Assembly: GCA_002722735.1 (NCBI GenBank)
Contig: PBMR01000014.1
Span: 64,756 to 128,755 of the forward strand
Source: Methanobacteriota archaeon
GTDB taxonomy: Archaea; Thermoplasmatota; Poseidoniia; Poseidoniales; Thalassarchaeaceae
DNA: 64,000 nucleotides
Reading direction: 5' to 3'
Shown one piece after another: positions 1-8,933 of this stretch (position 1 is the stretch's first letter; every line of letters starts with the position of its first letter). Under the pieces are notes generated by a model that was given only the letters and a program-made list of their open reading frames with translations, ran no database searches and was not told the DNA's origin. The translations under genes were made by a program, and so were the position numbers.

Positions 1-48
1 CGGTGCATAAATGATCTTGAAAAAGCCCCTTCCGAGACGTTTTCAGAA

Positions 49-1788
49 TCAGGAAATCAGTTCGGGCAACTCATCGAAGTTATGCTCGGGGGGGGGCGAG
101 GAGGTCGACCACTCGAAGGTGCTTCCGCCCCATGGATCATCCCCGGCTAGCTCTCCGTGCTTCATGCTCCGAATGAAGTTCCAGAGGAATATCAATTGGC
201 CGACAAATACCACCAATGAGCCAAAAGTAGCGAACAAGTTCTCGGTCGCCCACCCCTCGTTTGCTTGGTAGGAATAGATTCTGCGCGGCATGTCCCACAT
301 CCCGAACAGCGGGATGAAGGTGAGGTTGATTCCGAGGAAGGTTAGCCAGAAGTGCCACCATCCTAGCCCCCTGTCAAGCATTCTACCGAACATTTTTGGA
401 TACCAGTAGTAGATTCCTGCCAGAGTCATAACCGCAACCGAACCCAAGGTGTAGTGGAAGTGGGCAACGATGTAGTAGGTTCCCCTCAATTGCACGTCCA
501 TAGCCACACTAGACAGGAAGACCCCAGTAATCCCCCCTATGAGGAAGATGCCAATCGCCCCCATCACGAATGCCAGGGGCAGCTTGGTGAAGTCTGGCTT
601 AGATTTGTGAAATGTTCCCAGCAGACAGAGGTAGACGATTCCGAAAGGCACTGAGATGAGCTCTGTACCGATGGTCTCTATTTTCCTGAAGGTTGGATTG
701 ATGCCGGTGACGAACATGTGGTGCGCCCACACTAGGACGCTTAGCACTAGAGCTACCATCAATGACCAGATGATAATCTTGCGCCCGTACAAGTGGCGTT
801 GCACAAAGGTCGGCACGACCTCCAAGGCCATGCCTAGGCCCGGCATCAGGACGACGTACACTTCGGGGTGTCCGAAGAACCAGAAGATATGCAGCCACCA
901 AGTCGTGCCGTCAATCGCTGGGTCGAAGAACAGGGTTCCGAAGACCCGGTCGCCAACGAGCATCAAAACGGCACCGAGGAGGGCCGGGAAGATGATTAGC
1001 ATCAGTATCACCGTGAACAGGATGGACCACGTGTACATCGGCATGTGCATTATTTCCATGCTGGGGATACGATGCCTGAGTATCGTGACTAGGAAGTTGA
1101 TGGTCGAGCCGGTTACTGATAGGATCAACAGGACCAAACCGGCCCCAGCAAGTGATACTCCTGCACCGGGCGTGTAATCTATGCTTGTCAGGGGGGAGTA
1201 GAATGTCCACCCAACATCAGCAGCGCCACCAAAGAAGAATCCAGAGGCTGCGGTGAGCCCCCCTAGGACGAAGGTCCAGAACGATAGTGCGTTGAGCCTA
1301 GGGAATGCCATGTCCCTGGCACCAATCTGTAGGGGGACGATGTAGTTAGCGAACGCGAAGGCCATTGGGGAGACCGTGAAAAGTACCATGACCGCACCGT
1401 GCATGGTGACCGCCTCATTGAACAGCCCACCAGTCATGAACTCGTTATCGGGAACGATCAGTTGTAGGCGAATTAAGATTGAGAGGGCCATGCCAATCAC
1501 CCCGAAAATAATCGAAGCCCACAGGTAGAGCAGACCGACGTCCTTGTGATTAGTCGTGGTTAGCCAGTGGGCGAGTTCGGCTTTGCCAAAGCCCTCCATC
1601 CTCCAAAGGGCAATGACGATAATCAGTACGATAGCGACCAGCGCTCCGACAATAATCAGCCATGCCGGCTCATCGGTATTGATGAAGGAGTCAGAGTCGG
1701 CCTGACCAGCGACAATAGACGGAACCAGAGCAGTCAGGATGAGAACGACAAGCAAAGTGCCGATGGAATGAAATCTCCTTCCAGCCAT
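49..1788 (-). CDS. coxA: cytochrome c oxidase subunit I (heme-copper oxidase catalytic subunit)
   Basis: Motifs WFFGHPEVYV, AHHMF and HFHYTLG with a polytopic TM pattern. The ATG at 1788 overlaps the coxB stop (TGATG); the ORF-track start at 1791 is a TTG. About 70 aa with two hydrophobic segments precede the canonical TTNHKDVGLLY. Confidence 0.95.
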   Translation of the reverse strand: MAGRRFHSIGTLLVVLILTALVPSIVAGQADSDSFINTDEPAWLIIVGALVAIVLIIVIALWRMEGFGKAELAHWLTTTNHKDVGLLYLWASIIFGVIGMALSILIRLQLIVPDNEFMTGGLFNEAVTMHGAVMVLFTVSPMAFAFANYIVPLQIGARDMAFPRLNALSFWTFVLGGLTAASGFFFGGAADVGWTFYSPLTSIDYTPGAGVSLAGAGLVLLILSVTGSTINFLVTILRHRIPSMEIMHMPMYTWSILFTVILMLIIFPALLGAVLMLVGDRVFGTLFFDPAIDGTTWWLHIFWFFGHPEVYVVLMPGLGMALEVVPTFVQRHLYGRKIIIWSLMVALVLSVLVWAHHMFVTGINPTFRKIETIGTELISVPFGIVYLCLLGTFHKSKPDFTKLPLAFVMGAIGIFLIGGITGVFLSSVAMDVQLRGTYYIVAHFHYTLGSVAVMTLAGIYYWYPKMFGRMLDRGLGWWHFWLTFLGINLTFIPLFGMWDMPRRIYSYQANEGWATENLFATFGSLVVFVGQLIFLWNFIRSMKHGELAGDDPWGGSTFEWSTSSPPPEHNFDELPELIS

Positions 1789-2525
1789 CAAGCAGCACCC
1801 CCTGATGAGTACCAGGCTTCGAAGTCAGCCTTCTCCATAACCTCGAGCTCGCCCATCATTATTGCATGCTCATCACCGCACAGCTCGAAGCACCGCACAG
1901 GGTATGTCCCAGTCTCTTCTGCAAGGATCCATCCCGTGTTCGACCTACTCGGAAGCGCATCGACCTTGATTCGGTGCTCGGGCAGAGCAAAAGAGTGGAA
2001 AACGTCCCCGCTGGTCACCTCGAAGACGACAGGCACGTCAACCGGGACACGCAGAGGCTCGCTGCCCCAGCTCGTGTAATGTATCCCGTTGGGGTACTGG
2101 TAGTCCCAGTAGTACTGGTATCCGGTAATCTCGATTGTGAACGACTCGTCGGTAGTCTCGGGATCCTCGAAGAAGTCTATCGAGTCAAAGGTGACATCAG
2201 AGAGCACGAGTAGGAACAATGTGAGGACCACGGTTATGGCGTATGCAACCCTCTTGTCACCACGGTCCGTAGGAGCCTGACCGAGGGATGCTTCGTCGAG
2301 TCCTTCGTCGGTCGAGGTCATCAGCAACCACATGAAGTACAGGTAGACAGCCAGCCCGATTCCAGATCCTAAGGTCCAATAGAGGGTGAACAACTCATCA
2401 TAGACTGCAGCATGCTCACCAGTACCTCCGAGTCCCTGGAACCAGTTGAAGATAGAAGCGAGGCTAAGTAGTAGGATAACGATACTGCCGGTAATCATCC
2501 AGAAGGTGCGATTGTCCATCTGCAT
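1788..2525 (-). CDS. coxB: cytochrome c oxidase subunit II (CuA subunit)
   Basis: CuA ligand pattern FHSF...CFELCGDEHAIM near the C-terminus. Two N-terminal TM helices. No cytochrome c domain. Confidence 0.9.
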   Translation of the reverse strand: MQMDNRTFWMITGSIVILLLSLASIFNWFQGLGGTGEHAAVYDELFTLYWTLGSGIGLAVYLYFMWLLMTSTDEGLDEASLGQAPTDRGDKRVAYAITVVLTLFLLVLSDVTFDSIDFFEDPETTDESFTIEITGYQYYWDYQYPNGIHYTSWGSEPLRVPVDVPVVFEVTSGDVFHSFALPEHRIKVDALPSRSNTGWILAEETGTYPVRCFELCGDEHAIMMGELEVMEKADFEAWYSSGGAA

Positions 2526-3388
2526 CAGATTGCCTCCAGGTAAACAATGAGGAAGAGAAGCACCCAGACAGCGTCAACGAAGTGCCAGTACATCATGACC
2601 GCACGGTAGCCATCGTGCCTCTCAGACGGTAGGTGACCACCGTGCATCAACGCCCCTATTACAGATAGTGCAATCAGTCCGACCAGTACGTGGAGCCCGT
2701 GCAAGCCGGTGAGCGAGAAGAATGCCGTGCCGTAGGGGTGATCGTTCCAGAGAAAGCCAGCATTCGTATATTCGTAGAGTTGAATTACGAGGAAGGCACC
2801 ACCGAGGAGGATGGTGCCGTAGAGGAATTTGGTCGCTCCTGAAGCATCGCCCTCAGCGTGTCTGTTACCAGAAAGATGAGCCAGTATCCCTGAGCTCAGC
2901 AGAATGACTGTATTGATTCCGACTAATGTGATGTCATGCTCCACTCCTGCCGCTGGCCAAGTCCCCCCGACAGAGCCATCCCAACTAATCGTGTGCCAGC
3001 GGGTCCAGAACCAGTAGGCGAAGAAGGAGGCGAAGATTATGCACTCGGTGATGATAATCCAGACCATAGCCCACGAGGCATCTCCCCAGTCGGCAGAGTT
3101 CCTCACCGGGCGCTCGGGCCATAGTCCAACCTCCTCTCTCAACCACTTGTTGATGGAATAAACCAGGAGTGGAACTCCAAGAACCGCTAGTGGCCAAATC
3201 AGCAGCCCACCCAAACACAGCGTGATCGCTAATGATGTCAACAAAGGGGCAGGGCTGTTATGCACCTCACCTCCGGCTTCCATTCCGTATTTACCCGCAC
3301 TCATTTCGACTGAGCTCAATGCCATCGACTCGACCTCGTTGTGCCATTGCCGTACCTCCCGTCGTCCCTGTGGCGAACATGTCCGCAC
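2525..3388 (-). CDS. coxC: cytochrome c oxidase subunit III
   Basis: FFSLTGLHGLHVLVG and MYWHFVDAVWVLLF motifs. The stop overlaps the coxB ATG (TGATG). The true start is probably an internal Met (about 3325 or 3304). Confidence 0.85.
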   Translation of the reverse strand: MRTCSPQGRREVRQWHNEVESMALSSVEMSAGKYGMEAGGEVHNSPAPLLTSLAITLCLGGLLIWPLAVLGVPLLVYSINKWLREEVGLWPERPVRNSADWGDASWAMVWIIITECIIFASFFAYWFWTRWHTISWDGSVGGTWPAAGVEHDITLVGINTVILLSSGILAHLSGNRHAEGDASGATKFLYGTILLGGAFLVIQLYEYTNAGFLWNDHPYGTAFFSLTGLHGLHVLVGLIALSVIGALMHGGHLPSERHDGYRAVMMYWHFVDAVWVLLFLIVYLEAI

Positions 3389-3483
3389 CGGTAGCGACCG
3401 TAATTACCGGTAGTTACCCATGTTGTCCAACACATATTGAAATAATCTAGGAAATTACCTAATCCAAACATGTTCGGTGAGAA

Positions 3484-4128
3484 TTGGAACTCCTATCGCC
3501 CATACGGAGAGGCGTGCCCAAAACCGGGGACCAAGCAGTCTCGCTATATCTCATAATTTTCTTAGTCTTGCTAGCATCATTCCTCGCAATCTCTCCGATC
3601 ATCCTCCTTGGGGATGCACCGGGCAGTGCGATTATCTCTCGCGACGACCTCACCAATGCCCAGGTACACTCACTTACTTCTCTCGACCTCGCGCGCTCCC
3701 CGGCCGATGTCAGAGCGGGCAAGGCCTCAATCAACCTAGTTGAACCACTCGACTCAAATGCGTTCTTGCTGGCTGGAACCTGGGAAGGTACCCTGAATCT
3801 CAGCGATGCCCCTATCGAGTCAAGAGGGGGCAGGGACCTCTTCCTAGCAGTCCTACTGGCCGACGGTTCTTGGGCTGAAATCCACCATGCCGGCTCAACG
3901 GGGGACGACTCCGTCCAGTCCATGAGTAGCATCGAGGGCTCCGTTGTCCTTCTCGGCACCCTGAACGGTGATGCTGAGTTCGGAGAATTCGACATCGAGC
4001 ACTCAGGAGGCTGGTCGATTACCGCCTACGAGGCCCATCTCATCCTAGGTGGGGGATGGGTCGGGTCTTGGGAGATCGACCGCGAGCTCCTGCCTGAGGA
4101 TGAACCCCCACTTTGGTGTGGATTCTGA
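3484..4128 (+). CDS. hypothetical membrane-anchored protein (N-terminal TM, acidic ectodomain)
   Basis: Hydrophobic segment LYLIIFLVLLASFLAISPIILL followed by a soluble-looking domain. The TTG at 3484 or the GTG at 3514 could be the start. The antisense ORF 3459..3995 looks non-protein-like. Confidence 0.5.
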   Translation: MELLSPIRRGVPKTGDQAVSLYLIIFLVLLASFLAISPIILLGDAPGSAIISRDDLTNAQVHSLTSLDLARSPADVRAGKASINLVEPLDSNAFLLAGTWEGTLNLSDAPIESRGGRDLFLAVLLADGSWAEIHHAGSTGDDSVQSMSSIEGSVVLLGTLNGDAEFGEFDIEHSGGWSITAYEAHLILGGGWVGSWEIDRELLPEDEPPLWCGF

Positions 4129-4137
4129 ATATTCGCC

Positions 4138-4650
4138 CTACCGTTGGTCGAAGACTTGGTAAAGTCCCTTGACGAGGTTAAGAGTGCCTCGAAGACATCC
4201 CGTTTGAGTCACTCTTCCAATAATATCCCCATCCCCATCAACAACATAGAGTCGTCTGATTTCATCTGTCATCAATAGGTTAAGAGCCGCTCCAACACCG
4301 AGGTCCCTGTCGATTGTCACCAGTGGATAGCTCATGATTTCACCCACAGTGAGCACATCTGGATCATGCCTCGGTCTGAAGCAACGTCTAATCAAATCCC
4401 TCTCTGTCACGACTCCGAACGGTCGTCCCTCGCGAGAGACGACCAAGGACCAAGCTTGAGCATCATTCATCTCCCCCATGGCCTCAGTCAGGGTAGTTGA
4501 TTCGTCGACTATGATGACGCGTCGATCCATCAAGCTGTCAATCGAAAAGGTACTGCTACCTGCACCCCCGTCTCCACCTGATTCAGAGGTCTTCCGACCA
4601 CGCGAACTTCCTTTTTTCGTGCCCATGAAACTTCCTCGGCTTCTTACCAC
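4138..4650 (-). CDS. CBS domain pair protein
   Basis: Two CBS-like repeats (VIIVDESTTLTEAMGEM...VVTERDLIRR and VGEIMSYPLVTIDRD...VVDGDGDIIGRVTQTG). The start is either GTG 4650 or ATG 4626. Confidence 0.8.
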   Translation of the reverse strand: MVRSRGSFMGTKKGSSRGRKTSESGGDGGAGSSTFSIDSLMDRRVIIVDESTTLTEAMGEMNDAQAWSLVVSREGRPFGVVTERDLIRRCFRPRHDPDVLTVGEIMSYPLVTIDRDLGVGAALNLLMTDEIRRLYVVDGDGDIIGRVTQTGCLRGTLNLVKGLYQVFDQR

Positions 4651-4808
4651 GCAACCGGAGTGGCCCTATCGAATAGTAAATTCACCGAACATGAAAGGTT
4701 AGTGGGATTACTCCTGATTGAAACCGAATATGTTCGGTTTAATGGTTTGGGGATGCCAAATCGGCCAAAGGGCGTTGAAAAAGCAGATATTCTCTAGAAA
4801 GAAATCAG

Positions 4809-6248
4809 TCAAAACAATAGTGAGAGCAAGATTCGCAACCTTGACGGGGGGTTATCCCTAGGTTGCTTTCTGGCGGTTAAATCAAACAATACTTTCTGCA
4901 ATAACTGTTTTTTTCCCACTTTTGAAACAAACATATTCATCAATGTAGGAGATTTCAAAAACGTCTTTTGGAGCATTGATGAATGAGACATTTCGCCCCC
5001 CATTGCCCCCCAAAGATCCCTTTGATATTCATTAGCCGCAGATTCCGGAAAACCTTCGCTGTTATCGGCTGAGGAGAAATGCGATATGGCGATTTCAGCA
5101 GAGTGAACGGCATTGCCAATTCCTTCTCCTGAGAAGGGATCGACGAGGCTGGCCGCATCACCGATCAAGATTCCCCCTGCCATAGCTGACCTGCGTGGCT
5201 GAATTCCCGAGGGAGGCAATCTCCTCGGAGAACCCAGAGGCAATTTGGAGCCCTTGCCTGAACCCTCTTCCAATATGGCATTGGCAAATCTTGGAGCGAA
5301 TTTTGGACTCTCCTTAGTTACATAATCCATCATTTCCCTAAGTTTCATTGAGCGAGCGTCGAGATGCCTCTGTAGGCTGCCTATGCCGACATTGACAACA
5401 TCTTCGGAGACCGGGAATATCCAGAAGTATCCCGGGATGATCTTGTCCAAGAAGTGAAGCTCTATCTGATTGTCACAATCGGAGACTCCAGACCAATACT
5501 GCCTATATGCAGCGGCATAATGACTTGGGTTTGAAAGCGGTTCCTCGAAGGTGCCGCCAATCAAAGAGCGAGATACTGGACAATTGTACCCACCAGCTCC
5601 AATGGTCAATGGTGCGTGAAACTCGATGGATTCCATCGTATCATCAATTGACTTCATCCGTCCCCGAATGCCAATGATCCTACTTTCCGCATCTCCATAA
5701 AGGATTTCTTTTACAGTGAAACCCTCAATCACAGTCCCACCGGACCCTTCTACCAGCTCCCGAGCCTTATCCATCAGTGAATTATCGAATATCTCCCTTC
5801 TCTGGCACCATCCTCTTGGGTAGTATTCATCTCCATCCTCGGGAAGAAATATCGTGGCTTCGTTCCCATTTGGGCTGGAAACCCTCACACCGTTGAAAGG
5901 AGCATTCTCTTCGACAAATCCATTGGCACCCATTCCGAATTCCCTGAGGAAAGAGAGGGTTTTCCACCCCAAGGCATCACCGCACACCTTGTCTCGAGGA
6001 AACGTCGCCCTGTCGACGAGCAATACGCGATACCCCTCACGTGCGGCGTAGCAGGCGGCCGCACTGCCCGCAGGCCCAGCACCCACCACAATGACGTCAT
6101 GCGGTTTTCCGGTAGTTATCGAATCCTCGGAAGTCACCAATCTCTCGTCAATGGCCCTTTCTTTGTACCTTCCTGAAAAAGAATCTGCATACTTCCGTGA
6201 AGTTTGGAAAGCAATCGCCAACTGGATGGCCACAATTCTAGCACCCAT
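4809..6248 (-). CDS. geranylgeranyl reductase family FAD-dependent oxidoreductase
   Basis: DVIVVGAGPAGSAAACYAAREG...DKVCGDAL dinucleotide-binding motif and GDAASLVDPFSGEGI. The N-terminal ~45 aa may be an ORF extension (alternative GTG/TTG near 6137-6140). Confidence 0.85.
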   Translation of the reverse strand: MGARIVAIQLAIAFQTSRKYADSFSGRYKERAIDERLVTSEDSITTGKPHDVIVVGAGPAGSAAACYAAREGYRVLLVDRATFPRDKVCGDALGWKTLSFLREFGMGANGFVEENAPFNGVRVSSPNGNEATIFLPEDGDEYYPRGWCQRREIFDNSLMDKARELVEGSGGTVIEGFTVKEILYGDAESRIIGIRGRMKSIDDTMESIEFHAPLTIGAGGYNCPVSRSLIGGTFEEPLSNPSHYAAAYRQYWSGVSDCDNQIELHFLDKIIPGYFWIFPVSEDVVNVGIGSLQRHLDARSMKLREMMDYVTKESPKFAPRFANAILEEGSGKGSKLPLGSPRRLPPSGIQPRRSAMAGGILIGDAASLVDPFSGEGIGNAVHSAEIAISHFSSADNSEGFPESAANEYQRDLWGAMGGEMSHSSMLQKTFLKSPTLMNMFVSKVGKKQLLQKVLFDLTARKQPRDNPPSRLRILLSLLF

Positions 6249-6276
6249 TTTCTATTCTGGAACGAATTATTGATGA

Positions 6277-6741
6277 TTGTTGCAGTTTATTTCAAGTCGA
6301 CAACTACTATCGCAACCCATGTCAAAGGTTACTGTGGTGGTGGAGCCGGAGAAAATCGATTCCGAGAGTCTTCGCAAATTGCTTGACATCAAGGGCTGTG
6401 GTAGCATTATTTCCTTCGTCGGCCTGACTCGTGGGGAGGCCGATGGTGTCGAAGTTGAGAGGTTGGAATTCGATGCATGGGAAGAAAAGTTACCATCTGC
6501 CCTCCAATCCATTTCTTTGGATGCCTTAGAGAAGTTCGGTGTCAATTCAGTCGTCATAGCACACAGGACAGGCTCGGTAGAGCCTGAGGAACCCATTGTA
6601 TGCATCCACGTTGGTTCTGTGCATCGATCCGAGGGCTTTGAGGCATGCTCCTGGCTTATTGATGAACTGAAGCGACAGGCTCCCCTGTGGAAGAAGGAAG
6701 TCCGGGCGGACGGTGCGATTTGGAAGCCGGGTCTAGGATGA
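6277..6741 (+). CDS. moaE: molybdopterin synthase catalytic subunit MoaE
   Basis: MoaE-like core IISFVGLTRG...VVIAHRTGSVEPEEPIVCIHVGSVHR...APLWKKE. The likely real start is Met at 6319. Confidence 0.8.
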   Translation: MLQFISSRQLLSQPMSKVTVVVEPEKIDSESLRKLLDIKGCGSIISFVGLTRGEADGVEVERLEFDAWEEKLPSALQSISLDALEKFGVNSVVIAHRTGSVEPEEPIVCIHVGSVHRSEGFEACSWLIDELKRQAPLWKKEVRADGAIWKPGLG

Positions 6742-8085
6742 CCTTCTCGCGTCCATGGTATTGCAGACATCCCTGACCGCACTTGGCACGTTCGATGCAA
6801 TGCCCTCCACCATCATCCAGCCGTGACCCTTGACTCCATCCCCGACCATCCTAATGCCCCTCACACCAATGTCAGAAGGCAACTCTGCACCCTGCGGGGC
6901 GCGGTTGCATGGCCAGTTCCGATGATAGGTGTGCACGCACAACTCCTCGCCATGATCAGAGAGCCATGGAATCGCATCATACAGCTCATCCCTGCCTTTG
7001 GCAATCTCCGACTTTACGCTGGGATCAGGCACGTACTGGTGTGTGATCATCATATGCCGCCCCTCTGGGGCTAGGGTAGGTTCGGAGAAGGTTGGAATAA
7101 CGTAGCCACCGACCCTATCGAGGCTTGGAATCATAGTCACACCACTGTCCCTTTGGGGAATCTCGTCATCCAAATCGAAGACGAATCCAATCCCACCAAC
7201 AGCCTGCGTATTTCTCACCTGTTCACGAACTGATTTAGGGACCTCAAAGTCCTCAGAGAGCGAATGGAGCAGATTTGGATGACCTCCATTGTGAATGATG
7301 GAATCGGCGCCAACCCATGCGGTGCTATCCCTGCCCCGTCTCCTGATTCCGATGCAGAACCTGTTTTCCTTGGTTGACTCCTCTGCTTCCCCCGGAAGAA
7401 TATCGGTGACTTCGTGAGACAGCTTTACGCTAGCCCCATTCTGCTTCAAATCCGCTCTGAGCCCATCAATTACTCCTTTGCACCCGCCTTTTGGGATGTG
7501 GGGCCTGTCGCTCCAGAATGAGTTCTGTAGTATTCTCACTACGGTAGATGCCGGCATCTGATCGAAGCGAAGGCTGATTGCGAAGTTTGAGAATGCCTCT
7601 AGAAAATCAATGAAGTCGTCAGTGAAAAGTCGTTGGAGCCAAGTCCTGCCATTCATGGTCTCGTTTTCCCGGGGTCGCTTGGCTCGTGAGGCCAATAGCC
7701 TCGGCATGCTTAGGGTGTTCTTTATCGGGAACCAGGGGAGGATCCCGTAAACCGAATTGGCAGTGTAATGCTTGCCGTCCTTGAGTTGGCAGGCGAACTT
7801 CGTTGACGGCAGGAAGTCCACACCATGCCTGCCCAGTTCCAAACCCCCTCTGGTGCGCTTACCCAGGATTAGTTTGGAGAAGGGCCCCTTTCGACCGTGC
7901 GGAATCATGTGCACTGCGCCAGTGGGAATCTGGAAGCCGGCATGATCGTGCTGGGTGAAGCGACCTCCGGCGAAGGACATCCTCTCGAACAGCGTGACGT
8001 CATACTTGCCAGTCTGAGCAAGCTTGGCTGCAGATGAGAGCCCCCCCACTCCCGCGCCTATCACAACTGCCTTCGACTCGCTCAC
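6733..8085 (-). CDS. NAD(P)/FAD-dependent oxidoreductase, phytoene desaturase (CrtI/CrtD)-like family
   Basis: N-terminal KAVVIGAGVGGLSSAAKLAQTGKYDVTLFERMSFAGGR Rossmann motif and a length typical of the family. Confidence 0.7.
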   Translation of the reverse strand: MSESKAVVIGAGVGGLSSAAKLAQTGKYDVTLFERMSFAGGRFTQHDHAGFQIPTGAVHMIPHGRKGPFSKLILGKRTRGGLELGRHGVDFLPSTKFACQLKDGKHYTANSVYGILPWFPIKNTLSMPRLLASRAKRPRENETMNGRTWLQRLFTDDFIDFLEAFSNFAISLRFDQMPASTVVRILQNSFWSDRPHIPKGGCKGVIDGLRADLKQNGASVKLSHEVTDILPGEAEESTKENRFCIGIRRRGRDSTAWVGADSIIHNGGHPNLLHSLSEDFEVPKSVREQVRNTQAVGGIGFVFDLDDEIPQRDSGVTMIPSLDRVGGYVIPTFSEPTLAPEGRHMMITHQYVPDPSVKSEIAKGRDELYDAIPWLSDHGEELCVHTYHRNWPCNRAPQGAELPSDIGVRGIRMVGDGVKGHGWMMVEGIASNVPSAVRDVCNTMDARRSS

Positions 8086-8094
8086 TGATCCACC

Positions 8095-8355
8095 TCATGA
8101 GTAAACCAAAGCGCCAGTCGGGCACCACAGTAGGCATCGCAAGCAGTCAGTGCAGTTCTGTTCGTTTACCTCGCACAGACCTTCGACGACGAGGGCATCA
8201 TCATTGCAGGCCATCGAGCAGTAGGAACAGCCGACGCAGAGGTCATTGATCACCTGTAGTCTACTACCATCTGTGACGGGTCTGTCATGAGGGAGGCCCG
8301 ATTTCAAGGCGGGCACGACGCCTGGGGTGCCCCTGTCCCGGAACGCCTCCGCCAT
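8095..8355 (-). CDS. 2x[4Fe-4S] ferredoxin-like small protein
   Basis: Two cluster motifs, CVGCSYCSMAC and CTDCLRCLLWCP, at the C-terminus. I chose the internal Met start (8355; alternative 8427) because the long ORF to 8604 overlaps moaC on the other strand. Confidence 0.6.
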   Translation of the reverse strand: MAEAFRDRGTPGVVPALKSGLPHDRPVTDGSRLQVINDLCVGCSYCSMACNDDALVVEGLCEVNEQNCTDCLRCLLWCPTGALVYS

Positions 8356-8449
8356 GCCATCCAATTCACATCTCGGTATTTCATCCCAATGCCGCTTCTC
8401 CGAGCCTATGAAGAAGGAGTATGCCATCCGAGGGCTATATGGTGCGATA

Positions 8450-8908
8450 ATGGGGGGCCCGTGGACTGGAATCGTTGATGTCGGCTCTAAACCAGTCGTT
8501 GCCCGCGAGGCTGTAGCAACTGGTATTCTATCACTCTCCCCCGAGGCACTAGACGTGGTCACAAATGGCCGCTCACCCAAGGGTGATGTGCGCGAGTCAT
8601 CCACTGTAGCTGCAATTCAGGCCGTCAAGGAGACCCCTAGGGCCCTACCTCATTGCCACCCCATACCCATCGAGGGCTGCACTGTGGATTGGAAGGTTGA
8701 GGAAGACGGTCTGCGTTGCACTGTCTCGGTGAGGACTCACTGGACCACAGGCGTGGAGATGGAGGCATTGTGCGGCGTCAGCACAGGACTTCTGTGCGCA
8801 TGGGACATGCTCAAACCAATCGAGAAGGACAACGAGGGCCAGTATCCCAATGCCCGGATTGAGGACGTCCGTGTTATCCGGAAATCGAAGGCCGACCCGC
8901 AGGATTGA
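8450..8908 (+). CDS. moaC: cyclic pyranopterin monophosphate synthase MoaC
   Basis: MoaC-like SPKGDV...AAIQAVKETP.LPHCHPIPI...TGVEMEAL.GVS..LL..WDMLK. The start is set at Met 8450 (alternative 8408). Confidence 0.85.
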   Translation: MGGPWTGIVDVGSKPVVAREAVATGILSLSPEALDVVTNGRSPKGDVRESSTVAAIQAVKETPRALPHCHPIPIEGCTVDWKVEEDGLRCTVSVRTHWTTGVEMEALCGVSTGLLCAWDMLKPIEKDNEGQYPNARIEDVRVIRKSKADPQD

Positions 8909-8933
8909 ATGGCTCGTCCCCTTCCCCCCTCAC

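Noticed and set aside
3459-3995. 178-aa minus-strand ORF overlapping the 3484..4128 plus-strand ORF
   Set aside because: Its composition (Ser/Arg/Pro-rich) looks like an antisense artefact. The plus-strand frame has a convincing TM helix and domain-like sequence.
8356-8604. Long N-terminal extension of the ferredoxin ORF (the full ORF is 8095..8604)
   Set aside because: The extension overlaps the well-supported moaC gene on the opposite strand and adds only low-complexity sequence. An internal Met start is preferred.
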